Shown: in pieces, positions 1 through 9,041 of the stretch
Layout: each line of letters begins with the position of its first letter
Numbering within the stretch: position 1 is the stretch's first letter
Assembly (NCBI GenBank): GCA_965203055.1
Contig: OZ241863.1
Location: 2,176,001-2,240,000 of the forward strand
DNA: 64,000 bases
Source of the DNA: Spirochaetia bacterium
GTDB lineage: Bacteria > Spirochaetota > Spirochaetia > SZUA-6 > Bin103
Direction: 5' to 3'
Translations under genes and position numbers: made by a program
Notes under the pieces: generated by a model
Told to the model about the DNA's origin: nothing
Databases searched by the model: none
What the model saw: only the letters and a program-made list of their open reading frames with translations

Positions 1-63
1 GCCGGGGCCGGCGTTCGTTGCGCATGCGCCGCCCCTGCGCGGCAGCGCGCACCACTCAAGGAA

Positions 64-135
64 AGCGAGCGAAGGGAATCGAACCCTCGTCACGAGCTTG
101 GGAAGCTCGGGTAATAACCATTATACGACGCTCGC
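64..135 (-). tRNA. tRNA-Gly (anticodon CCC)
   Basis: Reverse complement reads GCGAGCG-TC-GTATAATGGTTATTAC-C-CGAGC-TTCCCAA-GCTCG-...GAGGG-TTCGATT-CCCTT-CGCTCGC-T, a full cloverleaf. CCA is not encoded. Confidence 0.95.
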
Positions 136-216
136 CGGTCTCGGGGAGTATAGTACCAGCGTACGCGCCCGCTGTCCACCCGCCGGCGCGGCAGGAACGG
201 ACAATCGCGCGGGCGC

Positions 217-938
217 CTACTTCAGCAGCTCCTGCTCGGACTCTTCCGGCTCGATTACCTCGATCCCCATCTGCCGCAGTTCCTGAGCCCGCCGGCTGTG
301 GATCGACGCGGTGGCCAGAATGACCCGCGCCGGGCGCACCCCGGTGCGCTCCTCGTACAGACGGCGCTTGCGTTCCAGCCGGGTGCCGATGGCGCGCCCC
401 ACGCTGGCGGCGATCTCGACCAGAATATGCCGGTGATCGTAGATCAGGACATCGAACTGCTCGCCGGCGATGGTGCGCTGCTCGACCCTGACGCCGAAGG
501 ACTGCTCCAACACCGCCGCCATGGTCTGCCGAAACACGCTTTCGTTGCGGATGCCCCAACGCGCTCCCAGGCGATCGATCGCCCGCTGAACGTCATCGAA
601 CCGGGTGGCTACCTCGGCCCGGAACTCCCGCAGCTCGCGCTCCACCCGATCGAGACGCTGTTCCACCCGATCGAAACGCCGCTCCACCCGATCGAAACGC
701 CGGTTAGTCTCGGCACTTAACGCCCGCAGTTCGGCCAGCACCAGGGCAACTCGTCGCGGCGCGCGAACGTCTTCAGGAACGCCCGGTAAAGTTCCGGCTC
801 AAGCTCCGGGCGCCGTTCGAGCAGGTCGGGCAAGCGGCGGCTGAACAGCTCGATGAGGTCTTCGTCGCGCAATGACGCGGGGAGAGCCTTTCCGGTCTCC
901 GTGGATTCCACCCTCCGACTCCGGCAACAAGCTACCAC
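217..938 (-). pseudogene. Coiled-coil + PD-(D/E)xK-like protein (DUF3782-like), split by an apparent 1-nt frameshift near 745
   Basis: ORFs 717..938 and 217..741 join as ...TFARRDEL-ALVLAELRAL... if one base is restored. Heptad repeats RFDRVER are followed by 'LGARWG...E..FR' and a 'FD...VEI' nuclease-like tail. True start uncertain. Confidence 0.6.
641..703. repeat. 3 x 21-bp tandem repeat encoding coiled-coil heptads
   Basis: tccacccgatcgagacgctgt / tccacccgatcgaaacgccgc / tccacccgatcgaaacgccgg. Confidence 0.85.
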
Positions 939-965
939 GTCAGCCGCCTGTCAGTCGAGCTCCGG

Positions 966-1943
966 TCAGCGCGCCGGACGGGTGAGGAGCTCGTCGCCGA
1001 ACATGGACAGCACGAGCCGGCTGTCAGCGTCTACCACGTAGGGAATGGACACCGGCCCGCCGGGATGTTGCATCGTCAATATGGTGCGGGTCTCCGCGGG
1101 AGTAATCGCCTCCAGCTTCAGCTCTACCAGGATCGGATATTCGGGCAGGGAAGATTCCAACAACCCGAATACCGCGTCTTCGGGAAGCTCGCCCGGAACG
1201 GTCATCTCGAGCTGTAGGATCGAACTGGAGGGTATTTCCTGGCCCGCCGCGGGCGACTGCGACACGATGCTGCCGGGGGCCTCGCCGGGCAGCGCGGCGC
1301 GAACCCGGAACACGAACGGCAGGTTGAGCGCCGCCAACTCGTCGCGCACCTCCGGGAATGGCCGCGCCACGTAGTCCGGCAACTCGATCAGGTCGCCCCG
1401 AGGCCCCTTGCTCACCACCAGCTCAAGCTGCACCACGCCGTCGACCGGCGTGTCGGGAGCGGGGTTCTGCGCCAGAATGGTTCCCGCCGGGGCCGCATCC
1501 GTCACCCGCGCCACCGGCTCCTCGATCCGGATCAACTCGCGGTAGGAGGCGAACACCGTCTGCAACTCCAGCCGCACCTCTTCCAGGTCGCGCCCCACGT
1601 AGTGGCCTACCCGGTCGACCACCGGGCCGCGGCTGATCACCAACAGCACCGGGCGGCCGGCCTTCACCAGGGTCCCGGCCTGCGGCTCTTGCTCGATTAC
1701 CGTCCACTTGGGGTGATCGGCAGAGATTCGTCCCTCGACGCGCGGTGCGAGAGACTTCTCCTGCAGCCGGCCCATCGCCGCCAGCAGGTCTTCGGCAACG
1801 ACGTCGGGAACCAGCGTCTCCTCGGCGCCGCGCAGCGTGGCGAAGAACGCGATGAGCCCGCTCGCGACCAGCACCGCGCAGATGAGCGCGGCAAGCAGGA
1901 AGCCGCTGATCGGCTTGGGATCAGGAGCAGACGGCGGCGCCAC
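966..1943 (-). CDS. PASTA domain-containing membrane protein
   Basis: N-terminal TM helix and three PASTA-like repeats (VPDVV...EQEPQAG, ILAQNPAP, IVSQSPAAG); downstream of fmt. Confidence 0.85.
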   Translation of the reverse strand: MAPPSAPDPKPISGFLLAALICAVLVASGLIAFFATLRGAEETLVPDVVAEDLLAAMGRLQEKSLAPRVEGRISADHPKWTVIEQEPQAGTLVKAGRPVLLVISRGPVVDRVGHYVGRDLEEVRLELQTVFASYRELIRIEEPVARVTDAAPAGTILAQNPAPDTPVDGVVQLELVVSKGPRGDLIELPDYVARPFPEVRDELAALNLPFVFRVRAALPGEAPGSIVSQSPAAGQEIPSSSILQLEMTVPGELPEDAVFGLLESSLPEYPILVELKLEAITPAETRTILTMQHPGGPVSIPYVVDADSRLVLSMFGDELLTRPAR

Positions 1944-1952
1944 GGCGGCGAA

Positions 1953-2945
1953 TCAGCCTCCGGCGCCGGCCCGGGGGACGCGCGCGGCAGCGGCCGCCTC
2001 CGGCGGACCGAGTCGAGCTCCCGCGATTGCGGGATGGCCGTTGGCAAAGGCGCGCCAATCGAGGGGCTTCCGGCCCGCCAACTGCAGGCGCTTGAGCCAC
2101 AGCCGCTGCCTGCCGGTGCGCACCAGTATCCCGCGCTGCCGGTCCACCGCAACCACCTGCCCGGCAGCCCCGGGACGAGGCCCCGCCGCGCCCTCCTCCT
2201 CAGCGCACACCGCCGCCTCCAGCACCGCCAGCCGGCGCCCGTTCCAGGAGGTAAAGGCGCGCGGCCAGGGATCGTAGGCGCGCACCGCCCGCTCGATGTG
2301 CGCCGCGGGGCGGCGCCAATCGATGCATCCCTGCTCCTTGAGGAGAAGTGAGCACCAGGTCGCCGCCGCCGGATCTTGCGGCCGCGCCTGCTCCACGCCG
2401 GCGGCCACCGCGTCCACCACCTCCCGCAGCAGGGCGGCGCCGAGCCGGGCCAGCCGCGGCCCCAGCGAGCCACTGGTCTCGGTTCCGTCCAACGACTGCT
2501 CCCGCTGCGCCAGAATGTCGCCGGCATCCACCTCGGGCGCCAACCGCTGGACCGTAACCCCGGTGCGCATGGCGCCGCTCAGGATGGCGGCCGGAATGGG
2601 CGCCGGCCCGCGCCACTGCGGCAGCAGCGACGGATGCACGTTGAGGCCGCCGCGCGCGAAGAGGTCGAGGAACCAGGGGCGGAAGATCTTGCCGAATGCC
2701 ACCGCCACCAGGAGCTGCGGCTGCAACCGCGCCAGCTCGGCGGCAAACGCGCGCCCCAGGCGTTCGGGCTGCAACACGGTCAGACCGCGCGCCAACGCCG
2801 CCCGCTTCACCGCCGGCGGGCGCGGCGTAGCGCGGCGCCCGGCCGGCCGGTCCGGGGCGGTGAGCACCGCGCACAGTTCGCCGTCGGTAAGCGCCTCGAG
2901 CGCGGGCAGGGCGAACTCCGGGGTACCGGCGAACACGATCCGCAC
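1953..2945 (-). CDS. fmt: Methionyl-tRNA formyltransferase
   Basis: MRIVFAGTPEFA start, NVHPSLLPQWRGPAPI motif, DAGDIL. Confidence 0.97.
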   Translation of the reverse strand: MRIVFAGTPEFALPALEALTDGELCAVLTAPDRPAGRRATPRPPAVKRAALARGLTVLQPERLGRAFAAELARLQPQLLVAVAFGKIFRPWFLDLFARGGLNVHPSLLPQWRGPAPIPAAILSGAMRTGVTVQRLAPEVDAGDILAQREQSLDGTETSGSLGPRLARLGAALLREVVDAVAAGVEQARPQDPAAATWCSLLLKEQGCIDWRRPAAHIERAVRAYDPWPRAFTSWNGRRLAVLEAAVCAEEEGAAGPRPGAAGQVVAVDRQRGILVRTGRQRLWLKRLQLAGRKPLDWRAFANGHPAIAGARLGPPEAAAAARVPRAGAGG

Positions 2946-2948
2946 CGG

Positions 2949-3452
2949 CTACGACCGATCCTCCGGCACGGCGCCGCGCGCCGCGTACTCGCGCTGCACC
3001 CGGGCCTGCTCAGCCTCGCTCAGGTGGTCGATGAACAGCACGCCGTTCAGATGATCGAGCTCATGCTGGATCACACGCGCCAGCATGCCCTGCGCGTCGA
3101 TGGTAAACCGCCGCCCGCGCCGGTTCCGCGCCTGCACCCGCACTGCCGCCGCCCGCTTCACCTCGGCGCGCGGCCCCGGAATGCTCAGGCACCCCTCTTC
3201 GCCGGCCTCGGTGTCGATGCCGGTGCGGACGATCTGCGGATTGATGAACACCCGTTCCCGGTCGTCCGGGGCCTTGGTCACGAACATCCGCACCATGCGG
3301 TTGACCTGCGTGGCGGCCAGACCGATCCCCTCGCGCTGCTTCATGGCGTCGAGCATCTCGCCGGCCAGGCGGCGCACCTCCGGGGTAACCTCCGGAATCG
3401 GATCGGCACGCCTGCGCAGCGCGGGGTGGCCGAGCGTGACGATCTCAAGCAT
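2949..3452 (-). CDS. def: Peptide deformylase
   Basis: GIGLAATQ, EGCLS and QHELDHLNG motifs. Confidence 0.97.
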   Translation of the reverse strand: MLEIVTLGHPALRRRADPIPEVTPEVRRLAGEMLDAMKQREGIGLAATQVNRMVRMFVTKAPDDRERVFINPQIVRTGIDTEAGEEGCLSIPGPRAEVKRAAAVRVQARNRRGRRFTIDAQGMLARVIQHELDHLNGVLFIDHLSEAEQARVQREYAARGAVPEDRS

Positions 3453-3523
3453 GACCGGGGTCAGTATAGCCGCGCGGCAAGCTCATTGTCAGGTGCGGCC
3501 ACAGCGCGGCAGCGCGGCGGGCG

Positions 3524-5551
3524 TCACAGCACGGAGGTGGGATCGACGTCCACTTCCAGGTGCACGCCGGCGGGTACCCGGAATGCGCGGCAGGTGCGTT
3601 GCACCCACGCATGCAGCGGCCCCAGGGTGGGGTGGCGCAGCAACACGTGATAGCGATAACTCCCGGCGATCCGTTCGATCGCGCACTCTACCGGCCCCAA
3701 CAGCTCGCCGTCGGTCCGCGCGGCCGGCGGCGGCCGGCGGTTGCGCCGGAGCTGCTCGGCAAAATCGCCGGCCGCGGCATGAGCGCGGTTGCGGTTGCGG
3801 GAACGGATCACGATGCGGATCAGGCGCGCGAAGGGCGGGAAGCGCAGCTCGCGCCGCAGCTCGATCTCGCGGCGATAGAACTCCTCGGCGCGGCCCTCCA
3901 CGGCGAGCCGGATGGCATCCTGGTCGGGCAGGCAGGTCTGCACCAGCACGCGGCCGTCCGGCAGCGCCCGGCCGGCGCGGCCCGACACCTGGACGATGAG
4001 GTTGAAGGTGCGTTCCGCGGCGCGGAAGTCAGGCACGTGCAGCCCGGTATCGGCGTTGATGATGCCGACCAGGCGCACGGCCGGGAAATCGAGTCCCTTG
4101 GCCACCATCTGGGTCCCGACCAGGACGTCCACCGCCCCTTCCCGGAACTGCTCCAGCACCGTGCGCAGTTCCCGGCGGTTGCGCGCGGCGTCGGTGTCCA
4201 GACGCCGCACGCGGAGCCCCGGCAGCGCTGCCGCCAGTTCCTCCTCGACGCGTTGGGTGCCGTAACCGCTGTACCCGACGTCCAATGAGGAGCACTCCGG
4301 GCAGAGCCGCATCGGCGCGGTCCGATAGCCGCAGTAGTGGCACAGCATGGCCCGGGTCGCCTTGTGGTAGGTCAGACTGACCGAGCAGCGGACGCAGCGC
4401 ATCTCGAACCCGCAACTGCGGCAGTGAAAGAAGTAGGCGAACCCGCGGCGATTGAGGAACAGGATCGATTGCCGGCGGGCGGCGGTCGCGGCCCGAATCT
4501 CCTCCACCAGCCGCGCCGACAGCGGCCCCTGCCGGCCCTTCATCTCCACCACGTCGATGGCCGGCATGCGCCCGCGGCCTGGCCGCTGCGTCAGATCGAG
4601 GCGCCGCAGGCGGCCGCCGGCCATGTTGTGGAGCGCCTCCAGCGACGGGGTCGCGCTGCCCATCACCAGGGTGGCGCCCTCTTGCCGGCAGCGGTGCATG
4701 GCCACTTGGCGCGCGTGGTAGCGGGGCGTGGCGCTCGACTTGTAGGAGCTCTCGTGCTCCTCGTCCAGGACGATCATGCCGAGGTCGCGCAGCGGCGCGA
4801 ATACCGCGCTGCGCGCGCCGATCACCACGCAGGCGGCGCCGCTCCTGATCCTGCTCCACTGCTGCAGCCGTTGCGACGGCGTCAACGCCGAGTGAATCAC
4901 CGCCACCCGGGGCCCGAACACGTCGCCGAACTGATCCACCACCTGGTGCGTCAGGGAGATCTCCGGCACCAGATAGATCACGCCGCGCCCGGCCGCGACG
5001 GTGCGCCGGGCCGCCTCCAGGAACACCGCGGTCTTGCCGGAGCCGGTCACCCCGCGCAGGTAGAAGCGCCGGGCGCGGGCCGCTGCCGGCGGCTGCTCGG
5101 GCGCGGCGGGCGCGGCCGAGGCGGGCGCGGCCGCGTCGAGATGCGCCGTCAGGGCGGCCACCGCGCGGCGCTGCTCGGCCGTGAGCTCGTAGGTGCGCCA
5201 CCGCTCCGGGTCGAGGTCGAAGTCGTCGCTCAGCGTCTCGCGCCGCCCTCCCGGAATCATCGCCGCCAGCGCCTCGCCCAGCGAACACAGGTAGGTGTCG
5301 GCCACCCAACGCGCCAGCTCCAGCAACGCCGAGTCGAACACCGGCTGCGCGTCCACCCTGCGCCCGATGGCGCGCAACTCCACGTCCGGCGGCGCCCGGC
5401 GCGACACCCCGACGACGAAGCCGGTAACCCGCCGGCGGCCGAACGGCGCCACTACGCGCACGCCCAACTCGGTGGCGGCGTCGGCCAGGTCGAGGTAGGT
5501 GAAATGCTGGCGCAGCGGGAGGTTGAACGCCACCTCCAGGTAGCGCGGCAC
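3524..5551 (-). CDS. priA: Primosomal protein N' (replication restart helicase)
   Basis: GVTGSGKT, DEEH, SATPS, four CxxC Zn pairs, GTQMVAKGLDF, QVSGRAGR. Confidence 0.97.
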   Translation of the reverse strand: MPRYLEVAFNLPLRQHFTYLDLADAATELGVRVVAPFGRRRVTGFVVGVSRRAPPDVELRAIGRRVDAQPVFDSALLELARWVADTYLCSLGEALAAMIPGGRRETLSDDFDLDPERWRTYELTAEQRRAVAALTAHLDAAAPASAAPAAPEQPPAAARARRFYLRGVTGSGKTAVFLEAARRTVAAGRGVIYLVPEISLTHQVVDQFGDVFGPRVAVIHSALTPSQRLQQWSRIRSGAACVVIGARSAVFAPLRDLGMIVLDEEHESSYKSSATPRYHARQVAMHRCRQEGATLVMGSATPSLEALHNMAGGRLRRLDLTQRPGRGRMPAIDVVEMKGRQGPLSARLVEEIRAATAARRQSILFLNRRGFAYFFHCRSCGFEMRCVRCSVSLTYHKATRAMLCHYCGYRTAPMRLCPECSSLDVGYSGYGTQRVEEELAAALPGLRVRRLDTDAARNRRELRTVLEQFREGAVDVLVGTQMVAKGLDFPAVRLVGIINADTGLHVPDFRAAERTFNLIVQVSGRAGRALPDGRVLVQTCLPDQDAIRLAVEGRAEEFYRREIELRRELRFPPFARLIRIVIRSRNRNRAHAAAGDFAEQLRRNRRPPPAARTDGELLGPVECAIERIAGSYRYHVLLRHPTLGPLHAWVQRTCRAFRVPAGVHLEVDVDPTSVL

Positions 5552-5561
5552 GGTCGCCCCG

Positions 5562-6332
5562 CTACTCCGGTTCGGCGACCGCGGCGGGCGGCGGGCCGCT
5601 GCCGGCGGCGAGCAGCCGTTCCAGGACCCGCAGATCGTCCCATACCGGGCGCCGCAAGGAGGAGTCGCGGAGTACCGCGCTGGGGTGATAGGTGGCCACC
5701 AGCGGCAGGGCGTGCGGCAGGCCGCGGATCTGGTAGTGGTGCACCCGGCCGCGCAGCGCGCCGAGCGGCGCCGGCCGTCCGGTGAGCGCCTGGCTGGCGA
5801 TGCGGCCGAGGCTGAGCAGCGCGCGCGGCCGCAGCAGGCGAATCTGCCGCTGCAGGAACGGCCGGCAGGCGCGCGACTCGTCCGGCTGCGGATCGCGGTT
5901 GTCGGGCGGGCGGCACTTCACCACGTTGGTGATGAAGCAGTTCGCATCCCGCCGCAGGTCGATGGCCGCCAGCCAGCGGTCCAGATATTGGCCCGCCGGG
6001 CCGACGAACGGGCGCCCGCTGCGGTCTTCCTCACGCCCCGGCCCTTCGCCGACCACCATTACCAGCGGGCGCGCCGCCCCCTCCCCGGGCACGCTGTTGG
6101 CGCGGCCCGCGCACAACCCGCAGGCGCGGCAGGCGGCGACTTCCGCGGCCACCCGCGGCAAGCTGTCCTCGTCCGCGCCGCGCGCCGCCGGCACAGGCGC
6201 CGGCATAGCCGCCGGTGCCCGCCGCGGGCGCGGGAAGCGCACGGCCGGCGGCGCGCCGGCCGCACGCTCGCCGGTGGTGTAGTAATCCTCAAGCAGGGTC
6301 AGCAACCGCCAGAAGCGCTGGTCGCGCGTCAT
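5562..6332 (-). CDS. Uracil-DNA glycosylase family 4
   Basis: CxxC, GEGPG, PFVG, NVVKCRPP and TYHPS motifs. ATG at 6332 overlaps the truA stop (ATGA). Confidence 0.92.
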   Translation of the reverse strand: MTRDQRFWRLLTLLEDYYTTGERAAGAPPAVRFPRPRRAPAAMPAPVPAARGADEDSLPRVAAEVAACRACGLCAGRANSVPGEGAARPLVMVVGEGPGREEDRSGRPFVGPAGQYLDRWLAAIDLRRDANCFITNVVKCRPPDNRDPQPDESRACRPFLQRQIRLLRPRALLSLGRIASQALTGRPAPLGALRGRVHHYQIRGLPHALPLVATYHPSAVLRDSSLRRPVWDDLRVLERLLAAGSGPPPAAVAEPE

Positions 6333-7117
6333 GCCGCAACGCACGGCGGATACCACACCCGCTCCAGGAACAGCCCCCGCGCGGGCGCGGTTGGCCCCGC
6401 CTCGCCGCGCTCGCGACGCGCCAGCAGCCGGCCGACGTCGGCGGCCGGCGCGCCGCTCTCGGCGAACTCCAGCAGGGTTCCCACAATGCTGCGCACCATC
6501 CGCCAGAGGAACGAGGTGGCGACGATGCGAAACACCACGTACGGCGGGCGCGGAAAGAAGCAGGCGCTGAGCACCCGCCGCACCTTGGAGCGGCTCGGGT
6601 CGCGCGCCGCGGCGAACACCGTAAAGTCATGCTCGCCCACCAGGTACGCTGCGGCGCGGTTCAGATAGCGCAGGTCCGGACGGCGGCGCAGGTGGTAGCA
6701 GTAGCGGCGCAGATGCGGCAATCCTACGGCGCCGGCGAGAAGCTGATAATGATACGCCCGCGCCAGCGCCGCGCGGCGCGCGTCGAAATCCGCCGCCGCC
6801 GGGCGCGCCGCCAGCACGCGTACGTCGGGCGGCAGGTAGGAGTTGACGGCCACCGTCCAGCGTTCCGCCGGAAAGCTCATCGGCGCGGTGAAGTTGGCGA
6901 CCTGTCCCACGGCGTGAACGCCAGAGTCGGTGCGCCCGGCGGCGCGCACCCGCACCGGACGCTCCAACATGCGGGCCAAGCCCGCCTCCAGCGTTCCCTG
7001 TACCGTGCGCTGCCGCGGTTGCGCCTGCCAGCCGGCGAAGTCGGTGCCGTCGTAGGCCAGGGTAAGCATGACGTTGGTCTCGCCTGCGGCAAGGCGCGCC
7101 GGCGACCCGGGCGTCAC
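6329..7117 (-). CDS. truA: tRNA pseudouridine(38-40) synthase
   Basis: LAYDGTDFAGWQ, AGRTDSGVHA and FLWRMVR motifs. GTG start overlaps the acpS stop. Confidence 0.95.
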   Translation of the reverse strand: MTPGSPARLAAGETNVMLTLAYDGTDFAGWQAQPRQRTVQGTLEAGLARMLERPVRVRAAGRTDSGVHAVGQVANFTAPMSFPAERWTVAVNSYLPPDVRVLAARPAAADFDARRAALARAYHYQLLAGAVGLPHLRRYCYHLRRRPDLRYLNRAAAYLVGEHDFTVFAAARDPSRSKVRRVLSACFFPRPPYVVFRIVATSFLWRMVRSIVGTLLEFAESGAPAADVGRLLARRERGEAGPTAPARGLFLERVWYPPCVAA

Positions 7118-7518
7118 CCGCGCTCCACCTCGGGGGCTGCCGGGCGGCGCTCGATGACGCACATGGCGATGACCGCCTCCTTTTCGTGGGACAGCGAGAT
7201 GAACACCTCGGTGCCGCCGAGGCGGTCGAGGGCCGCGCGCGCCGACCCGGCGAGGCACATCTCCGGCTTGCCGAGCGCGTTGTTCATTACCGCCATGTCA
7301 CGCAGGGAGAGGCCTGCCAGGCCCGAGCCCAGCGCCTTGCCGAACGCCTCCTTGGCGGCAAACCGGGCGGCCAGCGACAGCAAGACCGCCGCCCCGCTGC
7401 GCTTGCGGCACTGTTCCAGCTCGGCCGGATGGTAGAACCGCTCCAGCAACCCCGGAATCTGCTGCCAGCGGCGGAGCCGTTGGGGATGAACTACGTCGAT
7501 GCCGACGCCCAGGATCAC
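7114..7518 (-). CDS. acpS: Holo-ACP synthase
   Basis: GVGIDV, AARFAAKEAFGKALG, ISLSHE. Confidence 0.95.
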   Translation of the reverse strand: MILGVGIDVVHPQRLRRWQQIPGLLERFYHPAELEQCRKRSGAAVLLSLAARFAAKEAFGKALGSGLAGLSLRDMAVMNNALGKPEMCLAGSARAALDRLGGTEVFISLSHEKEAVIAMCVIERRPAAPEVERG

Positions 7519-7581
7519 CGTGTCGTCACCATGCGGGCACTACCGTAATCACGCTCACCATTGCGCGCCATCCGCCGGCCG

Positions 7582-8736
7582 TCAACCGGCGCTCACCGGC
7601 TCCACTGGCTCCGGCGCCGCCTCGCCGGCCGCATCCAGCGCCGCCGCCAGCCGTACCGCCTGGACCGCGGCCGCCACGTCGTGCACCCGCACGATGTCGG
7701 CGCCGCGCAGCAGGGCGATGGTGTTGGCCGCGGTGGTGCCCGCAAGACGTTCCTCCGGGGCCACGCCGAGGAACGACTTGCGCGACACGCCTACCAGCAC
7801 CGGGCCGAGCGCGCGCAACACCGGCAGGCCCTGCAGCAGGCGCAGATTGTCGCCGGCCCGCTTGCCGAAGCCGATACCCGGATCGACGATCAATTGACAG
7901 CGCGCGATGCCGGCGGCGAACGCGTCGTTGAGGCGCTGCTTGAGCTCGCCCAGCACCTCGCCCACGGTGTCTTCGTAGTGGACCCGCTGCTGCATGGTGC
8001 GCGGCGTGCCGCGCAGGTGCATTACCACCGCCGGCACGCCGCGGTCCGCTGCCAGGCGGCGCAGCCCGCGGTCGCGCAGTCCGGACACGTCGTTGATCAT
8101 GGCCGCGCCGGCGTCCAGGGCGGCGCGCGCCACTTCGGCCTTGGAGGTATCGATGGAAACCGGCGGCCCCCCGGCCGCGGCTACGGCTTCGACCGCCGGC
8201 ACCACCCGCCGGATCTCTTCCTCGGCGGCAACCGGCGCGGCGCCGGGACGGGTCGATTCACCCCCCACGTCGATCAGGTCGGCGCCCTGCTCCGCCATCC
8301 GCAACGCCGCCTCCACCGCCGCGGCGCCGCACCGCCGGCTCGGCGGGTAGAACGAGTCAGGGGTGGTGTTGACGATGCCCATCACCAGCGCCCGGCGGCC
8401 ATACTCCAGCGTCCCGCCGGCGACGGCGATGCTTCCGGGCAGCGGCTCCCACGCCGCCGCCAGCTCCACGCCGAACTGGCGCGTGCCAGGCTCCGCCTGC
8501 CAGCAGGCGGCCACCGCCGCCACGCAACGGCCGGCCAGCGTGGCCTGCAAAGTGGCGCCGCGCACGTGGAACTCCGCCCCGACCGCGCGCAACGCGGCGC
8601 CGGCCGCGCGGCGCTGCGCCTCGCTGAGGGCATCGATGCGAACCTGAACCAGGGGCGGCGCAACGCGTCCCGGAGCGGCCGGACGCCGGCCCCCCAGAGG
8701 GCTCACGCGCACGTTGTGAGCTACGTCGTAACGCAT
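7582..8736 (-). CDS. folP: Dihydropteroate synthase with N-terminal extension
   Basis: MGIVNTTPDSF, DVGGESTRPG, SIDT, INDVSG, DPGIGFGK, SRKSF, RVHDV. Start uncertain. Confidence 0.93.
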   Translation of the reverse strand: MRYDVAHNVRVSPLGGRRPAAPGRVAPPLVQVRIDALSEAQRRAAGAALRAVGAEFHVRGATLQATLAGRCVAAVAACWQAEPGTRQFGVELAAAWEPLPGSIAVAGGTLEYGRRALVMGIVNTTPDSFYPPSRRCGAAAVEAALRMAEQGADLIDVGGESTRPGAAPVAAEEEIRRVVPAVEAVAAAGGPPVSIDTSKAEVARAALDAGAAMINDVSGLRDRGLRRLAADRGVPAVVMHLRGTPRTMQQRVHYEDTVGEVLGELKQRLNDAFAAGIARCQLIVDPGIGFGKRAGDNLRLLQGLPVLRALGPVLVGVSRKSFLGVAPEERLAGTTAANTIALLRGADIVRVHDVAAAVQAVRLAAALDAAGEAAPEPVEPVSAG

Positions 8737-8770
8737 TCGACACGGCTCCTACCCGGCAGCGCCGAGTACC

Positions 8771-8860
8771 CTACTTCTTCTTGTGGCGGTTCTTTCGCAG
8801 TTTCTTCTTGCGCTTATGAGTGGCTATCTTGTGACGCTTACGCTTTCGCCCACACGGCAT
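8771..8860 (-). CDS. Small basic ribosomal protein bS22 (AURKAIP1/COX24/mS38-like), 29 aa
   Basis: Translated by hand: MPCGRKRKRHKIATHKRKKKLRKNRHKKK*. GGAG lies 10 nt upstream. Below the ORF-track length cut-off. Confidence 0.88.
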   Translation of the reverse strand: MPCGRKRKRHKIATHKRKKKLRKNRHKKK

Positions 8861-8978
8861 CTGGCAGATACTCCCAAAATCGTCGTAACGAGAATTGTCG
8901 TAACGAATTGTGCGGCCGCGGGACCCACGACCCGCGCCGCGCCGTCACGGTCCACCGGGCGGTACGCTGCGCGGCGCC

Positions 8979-9008
8979 ACTATCGCGCTTGCGCGGGCGC
9001 GCTGTCAA
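8979..9008 (-). promoter_or_regulatory. Putative sigma70 promoter for bS22/folP
   Basis: Minus strand TTGACA-N18-GATAGT. Confidence 0.45.
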
Positions 9009-9041
9009 GTCGATCCCGACCGGCCGCGGCGTGGCGGAGTC

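Noticed and set aside
64..135. tRNA-Gly (or tRNA-Glu) as an island attachment site
   Set aside because: No duplicated tRNA 3' end or integrase noticed in the window.
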